The notes below the pieces were generated by a model. The model searched no databases and was not told the DNA's origin. It saw only the letters and a program-made list of their open reading frames with translations. Below, in pieces: positions 11,001 through 22,400 of a stretch of 54,950 nt of DNA; the stretch's first letter is position 1, and every line of letters starts with the position of its first letter. The translations under genes were made by a program, and so were the position numbers. Origin of the DNA: an uncultured virus (IMG/VR IMGVR_UViG_3300044641_006340) (taxonomy: Duplodnaviria > Heunggongvirae > Uroviricota > Caudoviricetes); IMG/VR virus record IMGVR_UViG_3300044641_006340. One strand, written 5' to 3'.

Positions 11001-11175
11001 AACCCGATGGTAAAAATCCTCCATTAGGAGAATTATATGTATAACCGAGATCGTCTGGTAAATATCCACCAAAAGCATATTTGGGATACTGCTTAAACTG
11101 AGTTGACCAATAATTAGGGTCAAGCTGATTAAATATTATTCCTTTGTCGAAGCCTTCGAAAAATAAAGTGGCCAT
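8002..11175 (-). CDS. Virion protein with two LamG/ConA-like domains
   Basis: FTIECWIYF...WNHLAVVR, DFTIDFWYY, YIDNFRVTKG, YIDEFRITYG...NFTPPT. Confidence 0.75.
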   Translation of the reverse strand: MATLFFEGFDKGIIFNQLDPNYWSTQFKQYPKYAFGGYLPDDLGYTYNSPNGGFLPSGSYITNVSEVGNNAYPGFGSPPGFLAFSNIEIENTSSVEIPTYLQCSGFPLSSGNTTYLAMRCLGLESKHTEYSNYPYRHTFFSYNSGDLPQLTVNIVKITGLTNLISINGKNETLALEVQQNDTTLGYFDLNIVNNITGYRIASVYNTNNTILTPAHTISNRGYSSIMSRWVHLEFSVDESQEEPTLFINAEDINLPVVNFNNEINREDWEIGLPISGFKFNNLRFYNRTYSSSIINTMTDFGFQGQIGPQVGQSFYYMFGKNWLLDDLVLIDSAVPEPSYWLGSTARVSQLAPGVSGQVFINNVIGTVPARLIDDVLRADGIKDWTTNSTTRLGNSSVFVTSHRKALSYLDSDLNSIEAINSGAIDAVAFSSRQLYINVDGGNSPIYSFPYDNNSIWRETLNEAVGGVKIYNSARKKFLDTKFVNVFRSGVSDPLESSVSLLLHGDATPIVDSTKIPKSITNNNVIVRGNNTKFSNGSLYFNDTSSYLSINHSDLANNPFTIECWIYFNNHNQSISLFERTPNVFEQRPTSCATSYYKFLASTTGVSFVRGNNCDKTLLFPSGAQTGVWNHLAVVRTTGNAFRCFLNGVANTGYIISDCDNRLCYNEDGNMNFQRETQGIFQGTYNLNFLNNANIIASSEYWNGNTTISMPSPKIGQPKPLQTSDEYFNNVSLLVQSNKPSIIDLSSNPKTINNNGVVFSNNRSRFGHKSLYFTGGKTLSFANSSDFDFGSDDFTIDFWYYLNNTNSNTTYNILTSNNITLQALNGGATIRIYVTDSNSISYNFRTTNGNTVLGTGSSYSISLDKWYYVNITKYAGDMFLYLVPSQDSVTPFFSWPLYLFKNESVSSPFGGFNTYNNFPINFNGFTIGDSNTNLTHNLYIDNFRVTKGLARIVTRLNAPVSAPKETFGISLPDENFDSSVYIDEFRITYGANRYNSNFTPPTQPFKTERDDYYQLGPEYNVSKTSYKTFQHYALKNPATNQAWTLPEISGMTLGVKKL

Positions 11176-11264
11176 TTTATCTCCTTGTATTGTACATAAT
11201 TATACCCCAATAGCTTATTCTTACCGATAAGGTTGATGAAATTTGATTTAAAGGGCCAAAAATT

Positions 11265-12263
11265 TTAGCACTGAACCATGGTGATAGTTGCTCCCGCAAG
11301 ATCTCCGTTCCAATTTATGGTAGGGGGTGTTAGACTATTGCTAAAATTAGAAGCCGTCCACCTAAGATTGTCCACAATGCTGGTAGGATTCGTTGGGTCA
11401 TAAGAACCACCTGTTCTATCTCCATACAGCCAATCATGGCTATCGTGCCATATAAACCAGTCGTTAGTACTTGTGTGTTTGTAGAATGGCTTTCCATTAT
11501 AGGTATCTACTGGACAGAATAATCCGTCCATACCATACGAATCTATTATAGAATAACCATTTAAAACAGGAACTGATGTCGTGGTAGTAGTAGTGGAACT
11601 GGTAGCTTGAGGAGTAACATTATTACTATATCCATACTTTCCTCTTCCAGCAGCATTAACGGCAGCAACTTTAAATGAGTATGTATTATTATTAACCAAA
11701 CCAGTAACTGTAATACTAGTTAGTGGATTTCTCTTGTCTTTAAATAAAATCCAATTTTCACTAAATGACTGAGCATTTTCTAAAGTAAGCGGTTCTCCAT
11801 TTTCAGATCTTAAGATGCTATCATTTTCAGTCATAATAGCATAAGGATTAGCTAATGTGTATTTAATAATATAATCTTTAATTGGTAACTGATAAGATTC
11901 TGGAGCACTCCAACTAAGGTATACTTCAGAGTTACCAGGAACGGCCAATATATTAAATGGAGCTTCTGGAGGATATCTTTTTTGAAAACTCAAACAGTCT
12001 ATGGAGCAGTAGGAAATCAGGGCTGTTTTTGTTAATTTCTGGTAAGATAAAGCGTCCTGAGATAAGTAGGTATGAATTAATAGGGGAGGTAAAAACCTTA
12101 TCTTATAGGTGAGAACATCAGTACCTATGTAGGTGTGTTTATTTACGCTCTTTGGGTACTCGTCATATGAAAAAGCATCTTCACCAATGTATGAATAATG
12201 TATACGATACGGTTCTCCATCATTTGATGGTGTTTTATGTCCAAAAAATGGAGGTAATATCAT
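11265..12263 (-). CDS. FN3-domain virion protein with a Thr-rich linker
   Basis: PEAPFNILAVPGNSEVYLSWSAP...YSFKVAAVNAAGRG; ATSSTTTTTTS. Confidence 0.75.
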   Translation of the reverse strand: MILPPFFGHKTPSNDGEPYRIHYSYIGEDAFSYDEYPKSVNKHTYIGTDVLTYKIRFLPPLLIHTYLSQDALSYQKLTKTALISYCSIDCLSFQKRYPPEAPFNILAVPGNSEVYLSWSAPESYQLPIKDYIIKYTLANPYAIMTENDSILRSENGEPLTLENAQSFSENWILFKDKRNPLTSITVTGLVNNNTYSFKVAAVNAAGRGKYGYSNNVTPQATSSTTTTTTSVPVLNGYSIIDSYGMDGLFCPVDTYNGKPFYKHTSTNDWFIWHDSHDWLYGDRTGGSYDPTNPTSIVDNLRWTASNFSNSLTPPTINWNGDLAGATITMVQC

Positions 12264-13414
12264 TATGGTCCTCCGTTAGCATCTGTGGTATCTCCTGTCA
12301 GTATAATAACATCAGTTGAAACTTTAACTAAAGTAGCAATAGAATATTTTCCTATTAATTTATTATGAAAAGCCCTATTGTAAATTTGTGTTCCTGAAAA
12401 CCTAACCTGTCCAGAACCAACTTGAGCAACCAAGCAGTTGAACCCCACATTTAAATTTTCATTAAAACTAACATTAATGGCTGAGTTATTATTATTAAAA
12501 CTTAAAACTTTTCCATTATCTGATTGAGAAATAACATAGGAATTGTTTGTTTTATTGGATAATGATGCTGAAAATCTTGTGAGCTCTCCATCTCCTAGTG
12601 ACTGAGTTCCAGTAAAAAGATTACCTCCTTCAAGCTTAGCGAATACCTCATGATCGTACTCTGCTGCTGTACCTAGTTCTAGAGTTAATCTCATGGCTTC
12701 TGGAGTAACATCATTAATTAAATTTTTACCTAGATTCGAGATGTTCGTTGTTCCGTATTGATCAACTCCTGTTCCTACTATTAAACTATTTCCATAAACA
12801 GGTAATTGTGATAATCTATCTAATCTATTGCTGTGAGCCTGTATATCTAAGCCTATTTCTAATCCAGTAGTACTTATAATTAATTCATTTAGATCCTGGT
12901 CGTTATACGATAAAGATATATGGCTTCCAGCTTCCAATAATTCTGATATTCTATCATCAACACTTTCATTAAAATTAGTTATGTTCTGTGATGTGTGTGT
13001 ATGATTTTTTGCCGCATAGTCCTGTCCGACAATATTTGATGATATTTTGATAGTCTTAGTTAAAGGATAAAATGTAACTTCTGTTCCACCCTCTCCTTCG
13101 ATATTAAGAGTTTCGTTCTCTTTAATCTCTAGATTTCCGACTTGCAGTTTTGTTAAGCCACTACCCGGCGGACCGGGTAATCCGCGTAAACCAGAGGGAC
13201 CAATAGGGCCGGTTGGACCGATAGGACCAACTTCTCCTCTGATTCCTTGCAAACCCTGCAAACCTCTTTCGATATATACAACTCCTACGGTATTATCGAA
13301 ACCATCATTTATAGTTAGATTGGTAGTAATAACATTCTTACTATCAGACCCGTCTATAGACTGATTAATGACTAAATATTTAGGAGATGGGTTTGTAATA
13401 TTAATAGTAGCCAT
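12263..13414 (-). CDS. Collagen-repeat fibre protein
   Basis: About 11 Gly-X-Y triplets (GLQGLQGIRGEVGPIGPTGPIGPSGLRGLPGPPG); HTH fibre repeat; typical fibre C-terminal domain. Confidence 0.75.
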   Translation of the reverse strand: MATINITNPSPKYLVINQSIDGSDSKNVITTNLTINDGFDNTVGVVYIERGLQGLQGIRGEVGPIGPTGPIGPSGLRGLPGPPGSGLTKLQVGNLEIKENETLNIEGEGGTEVTFYPLTKTIKISSNIVGQDYAAKNHTHTSQNITNFNESVDDRISELLEAGSHISLSYNDQDLNELIISTTGLEIGLDIQAHSNRLDRLSQLPVYGNSLIVGTGVDQYGTTNISNLGKNLINDVTPEAMRLTLELGTAAEYDHEVFAKLEGGNLFTGTQSLGDGELTRFSASLSNKTNNSYVISQSDNGKVLSFNNNNSAINVSFNENLNVGFNCLVAQVGSGQVRFSGTQIYNRAFHNKLIGKYSIATLVKVSTDVIILTGDTTDANGGP

Positions 13415-13416
13415 AG

Positions 13417-16400
13417 TTATCCATTACTAAAAAGAATAGTTTTAGTATCAAATCCGGTATCGTCAAAAACTTTCAATTCAAATGAGCCATCATATCTCCA
13501 ATCATAATTATTATTATTTCCGATAGTAATATTCCATCTATCATTTTCCACATCGTAAGAGTCTTGCATAGTAAGAGAATTTAGTGTTCTATTAAAATTG
13601 CAAATACTATTGTTAATCATAATTTCTGGGGTGTTATTTTTAATTGGTCTACTTCCTCCATCTACACTAAAAGACAATGTCCATACCCCGTTGTTGTTTG
13701 GAATAGAATAATTATTATTGAGTAATATTTTAATAGGTTTGCTAATATAGGTATTATGTAAAGAAACGTACTTCTTGGCAACCAAATCTGTACCAGAAAA
13801 TACTGGCATACCGCTATTTTCTACAGTAACTATCTTGTATCTATAGTCTTTATAAACATTAGTTGGAATACCTGATAAGCTAAATAACCAATAGCCTTCT
13901 TTAGAAAAGGTTAATGATCCAATATTAATTTCATTATGATAATTTTTATATATATCTACTGAATGCCCAATAGATAATCCACTGGAAAAAGAAGATCCGA
14001 CACCATTATAAGATACAACAGCAGATGTACTATTAAAAGAACTTACTGTCATAGAATTTGTTAAAGGAGCAATACTATTAAAAGAACTGCCCGAACTCCA
14101 AACAACATCAATACTATCTCCCGTAACTAATGGTAAATTTTTGTGTTTAATAAAAATACTGCTTGATTCTATACCGGTTACGCTAGATAAAAATGAAAAT
14201 TTCGCAGCTCCATTGAGGATAGCTGGTTTATCAACTCTAGAGTACGGGATTAATAATGTATTGTTGCTTATGTTGTTCACTCCCAGAGCAATAGTTTGTG
14301 CTGGAATGTCTGTGCCTGGGAAGCTAATATAGATAGTATCTCCCACTTCTATATTATATGGATTACTTAATAAGCTAGACTGTATGAATTGATACTGAGA
14401 ATTGGACGAGCCAGAGTGGCTGTAAGTTATTGAGTTTTCAACAGCAACTCTACTCTGTATAACACCTGTAATAAATGGAGGATAGTTAGATGTTGACCAG
14501 TTTGATCCATCGGGCAACCTATAATAAGGAATTGGAGTTGAATACTCATTAAAAGGAATATATCCTCCTACTGCTGTAATACTGTAACCAGAAATACTTG
14601 TCCCACTTAGAGCATGAATATCTTTTAGTCCACCAATGACAACCGGAGGAAAACTATTTTGTGTGATACTTTGATTTTTTGTTCCACCCTTGTGAACCCA
14701 AAAGTACTCATTTTCAGCATATCTTATAGCATTTGATCTATATGTTGGAAAAATAGATGGAGTATTATTAATAAATAAAGAAAATACTGTTCCTGTGTTT
14801 TCGGTATGATTAAATGATATTGCTTGATTTGGTCCTACTGATCCCTGAGCATAAGTAGAATTAGACAGTATATTTTTAAGTTTATAGTCTATATTAACAT
14901 CTCTTTTATTTCCTATTAAATTTCTATCATCTGGATTACTACCATATACGCAACGACTACCAATAAAATATTGTTGTCCATTATATGCAAATGGTGCCTC
15001 AGCGGCAGGAGCAGGGTCTGTTAGTTCAACTGACGGAGAGGGTAAAAGTATTCCGCTTATTCTTAAGTAACCCGTTTGCCAGCAATCAAAAGTTTTAACA
15101 GTTGATATCTGTGGAACTCCACTTGTATACATATTATCTAATGTAGACAAAGAAAGATTTGCTAAAGGAACAGGAGGTGGATTTCCTTCTATCTGTGAAG
15201 AAAATACCTCTCCGCTAGGAATTGTAGCCTGTATACTTGGATACATCCTTCCAAAGAGACCAAAACCAGCCTCCTGCACACTGGACTTTGAAGCAAAGCT
15301 GCCACAACCTAGCAATGATCTTGTTGTTGTTATGTCTGTATTGCCTAAAAACTTTTGGATATTTTGAGTATTAAATCTTGGGGTTCTTTCCTGAACCAGT
15401 CTGCCTATGCCCGTTCCTAAATCATGACCATCTGCTGTTATAAAATATTGTATATTAGGAAAATTACCCTGACTGGATAATTGATATCTATTATTCCGGT
15501 TATGTCCGGGATTATTATCAAATTCTACATACACTGTACTTCCAGCACTAAGAATAGGTCTTTCTGGTTTTATGAATACTCTGAAGTCAAAAGTTTGAAA
15601 ATTAGCCCCACTATAAGCAAAAGACGTTACGAGACACTGGTTGTGTGGTAATATACTGTCACATTTTAAATTATTAGCATTCGCCGCTGGCCAATACACC
15701 AATGGTAAATCTGGATAACTTTGCCAATCTATTGGTGTTGTTCCACTAGGGTTTGTTATATTATTTTGTCCTGGTAGTCTACGAGTGTAAATAGGTTTTT
15801 CGCTATCAAAATAAATAGGAAGATCAATAGGAGAAGGTGGATTAGGAGACGATATATCTGTAAACTTAATAATTTTTTGTATCGACTTGCCTCTAGCGTC
15901 AAAAACAGTCAAGATAAGCTTTTCAGCATACTCTGTACCGCTAGCAAAAAATAAAGGATCTCCAGTAATCGTTAAAGTGCCGCTGCCTAGATTATTCCAT
16001 GGTCTCTTTGGACTACCTCCAGGAAAACTGATAGTATAGGATAGCCCCGAGGGTAATAGATTATTTCCTCCGGAAGCTGATACTATCCAGCCAGTAATGC
16101 CTGTTGGTATAGGACATGTTGCTCTGTTCTGAGGTCCAAAACGATAGGAAATATTTATGGGAGGTTCTGAGCAACGGGGAGACAATTGTATAGGATCCGC
16201 AACCTGCCCCACAGGCACTATCTGAGGGACAGGATGCACAAATCCTTCCTCATCTAATGATGTGTAATCAATAGCAGCATTGATAGTATCAAAACTTAAG
16301 GAAATATTTTGAATAGTATCTGTGTCTATGGCTGTTATTGAAAATGGTTTCACTCCATCGATACCACACAATGGAAAACCGGTAAAGGCAAAATTCCATG

Positions 16401-19400
16401 ATTTATCTGACGGACTCCAATTTCTAGATTCTAAGCATCCATTTTGTTGTTCTAGAGGTAAAGAAGGATAATATCCGGAACATACTGTTGGCAAACCAGA
16501 CAATAGAATTGTAGGAGGAAAATTAGGATTTTCTAGACCGTGCAATGTCTTAAAAGTAATTCTCCACGGAGACCCTTCCTTTGCCGAATAGTTGGGTCGA
16601 GCTACTCCTGTGATCTTTATGGGTAATCCTGGTAAAGTTAAACTGTCTAATTCCATCAAACTAAGTTTACCTATGGCATATATTTTATCAGATGATATAC
16701 CCTTGCATCTCACAGTTATAGATGATAATTGATTATCATTTAAGGAAGTATTAATATTACCAAAACTTATAGAAGTATCCCACTTATCATAAATCGGAGA
16801 ACCAGAGTATGAAAACTGATGTAGCAGTAGATCCGGGTCGTATTGTTGGTTAACCAGACTTAAATCAATGGTATCTTCTCTTAGGTTAGCAGGAAGACTA
16901 ATCATAATACTGTTGTTGGCGGAAGCTTGTCTGACATCAAAAGTCGTTTGGTAAAATTCATTAGGAATAGAATATGTAACTGGTTGTAAGTTTGTTAAAT
17001 ATCTATTTTGAGTAAAAGTAAGATTAATTGTGTCGGCAGCAGTGTTGATACTGTCTTCAGCAAAAATCTTGATAGATTTAACCCCTAAGCTATCTGTCAT
17101 TCTAGCAAAATTATCTGATCTTCCTGTAGCAATAACTTTCCATCTTTTATCTGCATTATCGTATTCATATCTAATGTTATACTCTAATGGGTCATTAGGA
17201 TATGTTCCTTTATTAGGTAGGTTTGATAATCTAACTGACGGGGCTTGATCTGGTCTATGAGAAAAAATACCTCCTAATAAATAGAATTGTAAAAACCAAG
17301 TATCTTGCTTATCGAAAGACAAAGGTTGAGGAAGAGTATAACGATCTATAGTTAAAGTTTTATACAAAGTAATATTAACTAGTTTTGTATAGGTGTATGG
17401 AACCCAGACCTCTACATCCTCACTGTTAACTTGTGGTTGTAATAATGATACTGTAATAGATTTATTGGAGTAATATCCTGCTGAGCCAACTAAACTGACC
17501 GTGATTTTATATCTATTTGATACGTTACTATATTCTGTTATAATATTTCTAGTATATCCAACATCTTGTGTTAAGGTTACTAGCAAACTAGTTTGTGATG
17601 TATTTATAGCATCCACATAAAAATAAAATGATGAAGAGCTATTGTCGTTATCTATATTTAGATATATATCATCAGGCAATCCTATGGGATCCAGGGTATA
17701 GCCAGGCTTAGTCTGGTTCATAGCCAATACTCTAATAACTCCAGTTTGAGATGATAAATTTTCACCAGTAATATAGTCTTTAACTGATAGTGTAGTATTG
17801 AATACCCCAGTAACTGATCCGGCATTTCCGTAAAGAATTTTTACACCTGTGCTATTATTGAATGTCTCATTATTTATATTAAAACTAGGACCAGGATAAC
17901 CCGACATAACAATTAAGTATGGATCTGGCAGATATTTTATATCATAATTAACGGACCATGGAATAGGACTATTAACATAGGTATAAGTAACTTTAGGAAC
18001 AGCTATTTCTGGAATTTTTGTCAAATCAATGATCAAGTTTGTACTGTCTGTTCCAGTTTCATCCGACGCGACAACAGAAATGTCTCTATTAGTTGTTATA
18101 TTTTTTATATTATCAATAATAGCTGTAATTGTCCATATTTTATTTTGATTATTATAAGAAATAGTATTAGTGTCTATAGAATATGTATTCAGTCCATGAA
18201 TATTAATTTTGGGAGCAGAAGACAATAGGGATTGTGACCATTTCTGAGAACCGTCTTTAGTCTGTATTCGAAGATAAATAGGGTTTTCATCTGTGGTTTT
18301 TATTTTTATCTTATTTTGATCTAATTGAGTATATGATTCGCCATAATCCATAGAATAATCTATATTTAAAATATTTATTTTATCTGGATTCAAATATAGT
18401 AATTGTGAAACTTGCTGCTGTGAAGAATCAAATGTTATATTGTAGCCACTATATGGTATGCTGGTAGGATTATTAAAATGTACTAGATGTTTCCATCTTT
18501 TTGATTTTAAACTATAGGAATTGATTTTGTAATCAATTAAAGCTACTGGCTGTGGAGGAATCGTATCCGTAACAACCGAAGCATTAGATTCTGATAAGAC
18601 AAAAGAGTTATCTATATTAGGATTTATATTAGACTTTATATTATAATCGCTGTCTATAATATAAACCAACCCACTTCTACCTAAGTAATTAATATTGTAT
18701 GGTATATTAATAGTAATATTGTATGGATCTGTTTTATCATTAATGTAATATAATCCATTCAATTCTGGTGCATTGTCCGAGAAATCAAAATAGTATTTTT
18801 TATTTGCTGTTCCCCATGGTCTAATATATCCTTTAACAGCATCCGTATCTATAGCATGTGGTTGTTTTCCTATACCTGATCTATTTGTTAAGTCCGGGAT
18901 ACTGTTGAAATTTGTATTAGAGAACCCCTTAATGCTTAAGCACAAAGTACCAGAAACACATTGAGAAGAGTTACTTTGTATAGAAAAGACGCCTGTTAGA
19001 GGAGCGGACACCCTCTTTCCGTAAGGGTCCATTGGCCAATTAGCGGTATATCCTCCATAGGTATGGTGGTACAAATTATTAGTTTGCGGAATAGAAAAGT
19101 ATCCAGAAACAGCTCCCACAAATGATATAATTCCTGTATTTGGTAATTCCTGATTGGCTCTAATTCCGAAAGAATGAGCATATCTTAATGAGTTTCTTCT
19201 CCATAGATCATCACTATTATATATAGAATTAGGAGACACTATTTTAGGACCATTATTAGGAATACAATAAATAGCTGTATTGTTTACTCCTGTGCCAACT
19301 ACTCTACAGTTTCTACTAACTGCAGAATCAATAAAATCAATACCACTATTCAAGCTTAAAATTTTAATTTGATCATTAGTATTCAAATAAGACCTAGGAG

Positions 19401-22400
19401 TAGACAGATTGTGAATAGTGATTTGATTACCATTGAAAAATACTCTATTATCTGGTTGTCGATATTTATTATTTAAACAGACTCTTTGATCAAGAGTAAT
19501 AATAGGTTTAAAATAAAACATAGCATCTACATAGTCTGTATTAATATTATCTATTGCATTAAGTATATCAAGTCTCTTACCAATGTTTATTGGATGAAAT
19601 GTAGAATTTATGTTTATATTTAAGGTAGAAAAGTTTAGCTGATCATTGTTTTTGTAAAGTTTTAAACTAATAATTTCTTTGGGCCAACCAGTAACCTGAA
19701 TATTAATATTTGAGTTATTAGAACTAGAAAATAATGTTGTTTCAGATGAGTCTTGATTCGTTTTTGAAATTACAAAATTTGAACCAGACGGAGGAGAATA
19801 AGAACCAGATATATTTACTATTTGATAGTCATATCCTAGTAACGCTATTCTCATATCTCCGTATGTAGACTGACTAATCAATCCTGTACACTGGATATTA
19901 ATTGGACTAACTGTTGAACCAAGACCGTGGGTATTGAAAACTTTAGGAATACCGGTATTAAAAGAAACACTTAATGGAGAATAATTGTATCCGTTATACC
20001 CAACTGTTATTCCGGTTGTCGGCCAAAGCGGGTCGGTACTAAATACAGACATAACATATCCAGAATATACTAAAGATGGAAAAGTTCCATTGTATACTAT
20101 GTGAGAACCGCTTCTAGCTACTGTTCCATTAAAAAAGAATCCCTGAGTAAAATCTAGTAATCTAGAATTAGAAACAAAGCTCGAACTAGATGACCCAAGA
20201 GAGGAATTAACATCTATTATTTTATCTTGAGGCCATATTGGAGAACCTCCGTAATCTAAGTCATAAATTTTGTAGTCATTGTGTACAAAAGCAGCACTAA
20301 AGCCAAAACCGTTAGTAGTATAGATGCCAGATATCGCTTGTTCAAAATAATCTGGTTTACCAATTTCTTTTAATAGATAATTATTTTTATCTTTAACATA
20401 TATAGTATTTCCTTCAACATCATCTATGTCAAAAAGATTATTCTTTGGTTTACGATTGCTATTATTTTCCTGAGTATCTAAAAATTGTACAGGTATCTGA
20501 TTAATGATATTATTGTTTGCGAGTTTGTATCCATGATTTTTGTCAACATTAACTAGCACAGATCCTGTTGCATAGGGTTGGGAGTTGGGGAAGAAGTATC
20601 CATTATTAACATTAAAAGATGACCGAGCTATTCCGCTTATCTTAGAATATCCCTGACTTGTGGGTAAAACCCCAGTATTTCTTGATAAGAATCTTAAATA
20701 AACGCTACTTTCATCATTTTCGAAATTTAAATGCTCTGGACTGCTAATAGAAATATCACTATAGCCAACGTCTGTATAAAATGAAATTAAACCAGTAGAA
20801 TAATATCCTTTTTCTATAATATATTCGTTTGTTTCGGTATCAAAACCCTTAATATTATCATTATTAGATAATGTAACTGGACACCTTGTAGCTGATTGAT
20901 AATTTGTAGTAAAGTTTTTGAGCTGATCAATATAATAAAAACCAGATTCATTAATTGGGGTACTAAAAATTCCAATAATATTATCTGTAAAATTAACATT
21001 AGAATTTAACAGTATATTATAACCACTAGTAAAACAGGTTAGTCCTGTTGATTCGCTATTAAGATTAGTAAAATTTCTATTAAGATAAATACCAGTAGTT
21101 GTAACATTTGTAGCATAGTAATTATTGTCCCAATTTTGAATATTGCTAAAAATTTTATTACCACTAAAAATTATACCAGTATAATTACTATTTGGATTAT
21201 TAAATAATAAAAAGTTAGAACCAGAAGACACAGTAATATTAAAAATAGAAGACGGTACAATCTTACTTACTATTTGCTGAGACTGATTATTCGTACCACT
21301 AACTAGTATGTTATGCCCAGATAGATAAGGAATAATACCAGATAATGTAACGGTGGAAAACTGACTAATAGATGCCGAACATTCCGTCAAAACATTTCCT
21401 CCAAAATGAGAATATCCATTAAAACTATTAGATGAGGTTTTAAAAATTAAATAAGGATTATATCCTCCGTCGGCAGATAATTTACCAACGTGTGTATCAT
21501 AAGAAGCATTTTGAGGAACAGATATGCTAGACAGAAAGATGTTTTTTATATCAAATGATAATACTGGATCAACAATGTAGTTTGAAATCGATGGATAACT
21601 ATCTGTGACAGACAACTTAAACACATCAGATACAATCAGATCAACCCCCGTAGCCTTAACTAATAATTCTATTGTTCCAGAATTTGCAGCTAAAGGAGTA
21701 CCGCTAAATGCTTGTTTGGATTGATCAAAGGCAAGCCATTGAGGTAAAACTCTACCATCAGAAAGTCTAACTGATGAAATTTTTGTTTTATTAGGGAAAG
21801 TATTATTAGGTATAGTATAAGTAAAAAGTTCATTTATTATTGCCGATTGGTCTGGTATAGAATTCCTGATGTGAGTTCTGACGTTAACAGGATCTATGTG
21901 TATAGAGAATGGTTTTTCATAATTTCTGCCAGACATATCAAAAACTTTAATACGTATATTGTATATATCTTTATTATAAGCGTCTCGTATTCTTGGAAAA
22001 ATTTTATATGAGGACTTTCTATTATTGTCATTAATAATAGTAATTGGTTGTCCACCAGACGATTTACTTAAATCAAATATATATGAACTATTAACTAATT
22101 TTATATTAACTGGAAAATATGTTTTATCTGGAAGCAAACCCAGTGGCAGAGCTGTAAGGTCCGAAGTTTCTAAAGTATCTGGGTAAAACACATATCCTGC
22201 ACCACTATTTACTGGATATTGACTATAGAAATAGCATCCACTTTGTTGTAAATCATAATCTATTCCATATAAATAATTTTTAATATATGAAACATCCATT
22301 AAATTAGCTACTTTATAAACATAATCAAAATCTTGACCGCAAGATAAAGAAATGTCTATGCCTGATACTGATTTAAATTTTAGATAGCTATATAGTCCAG

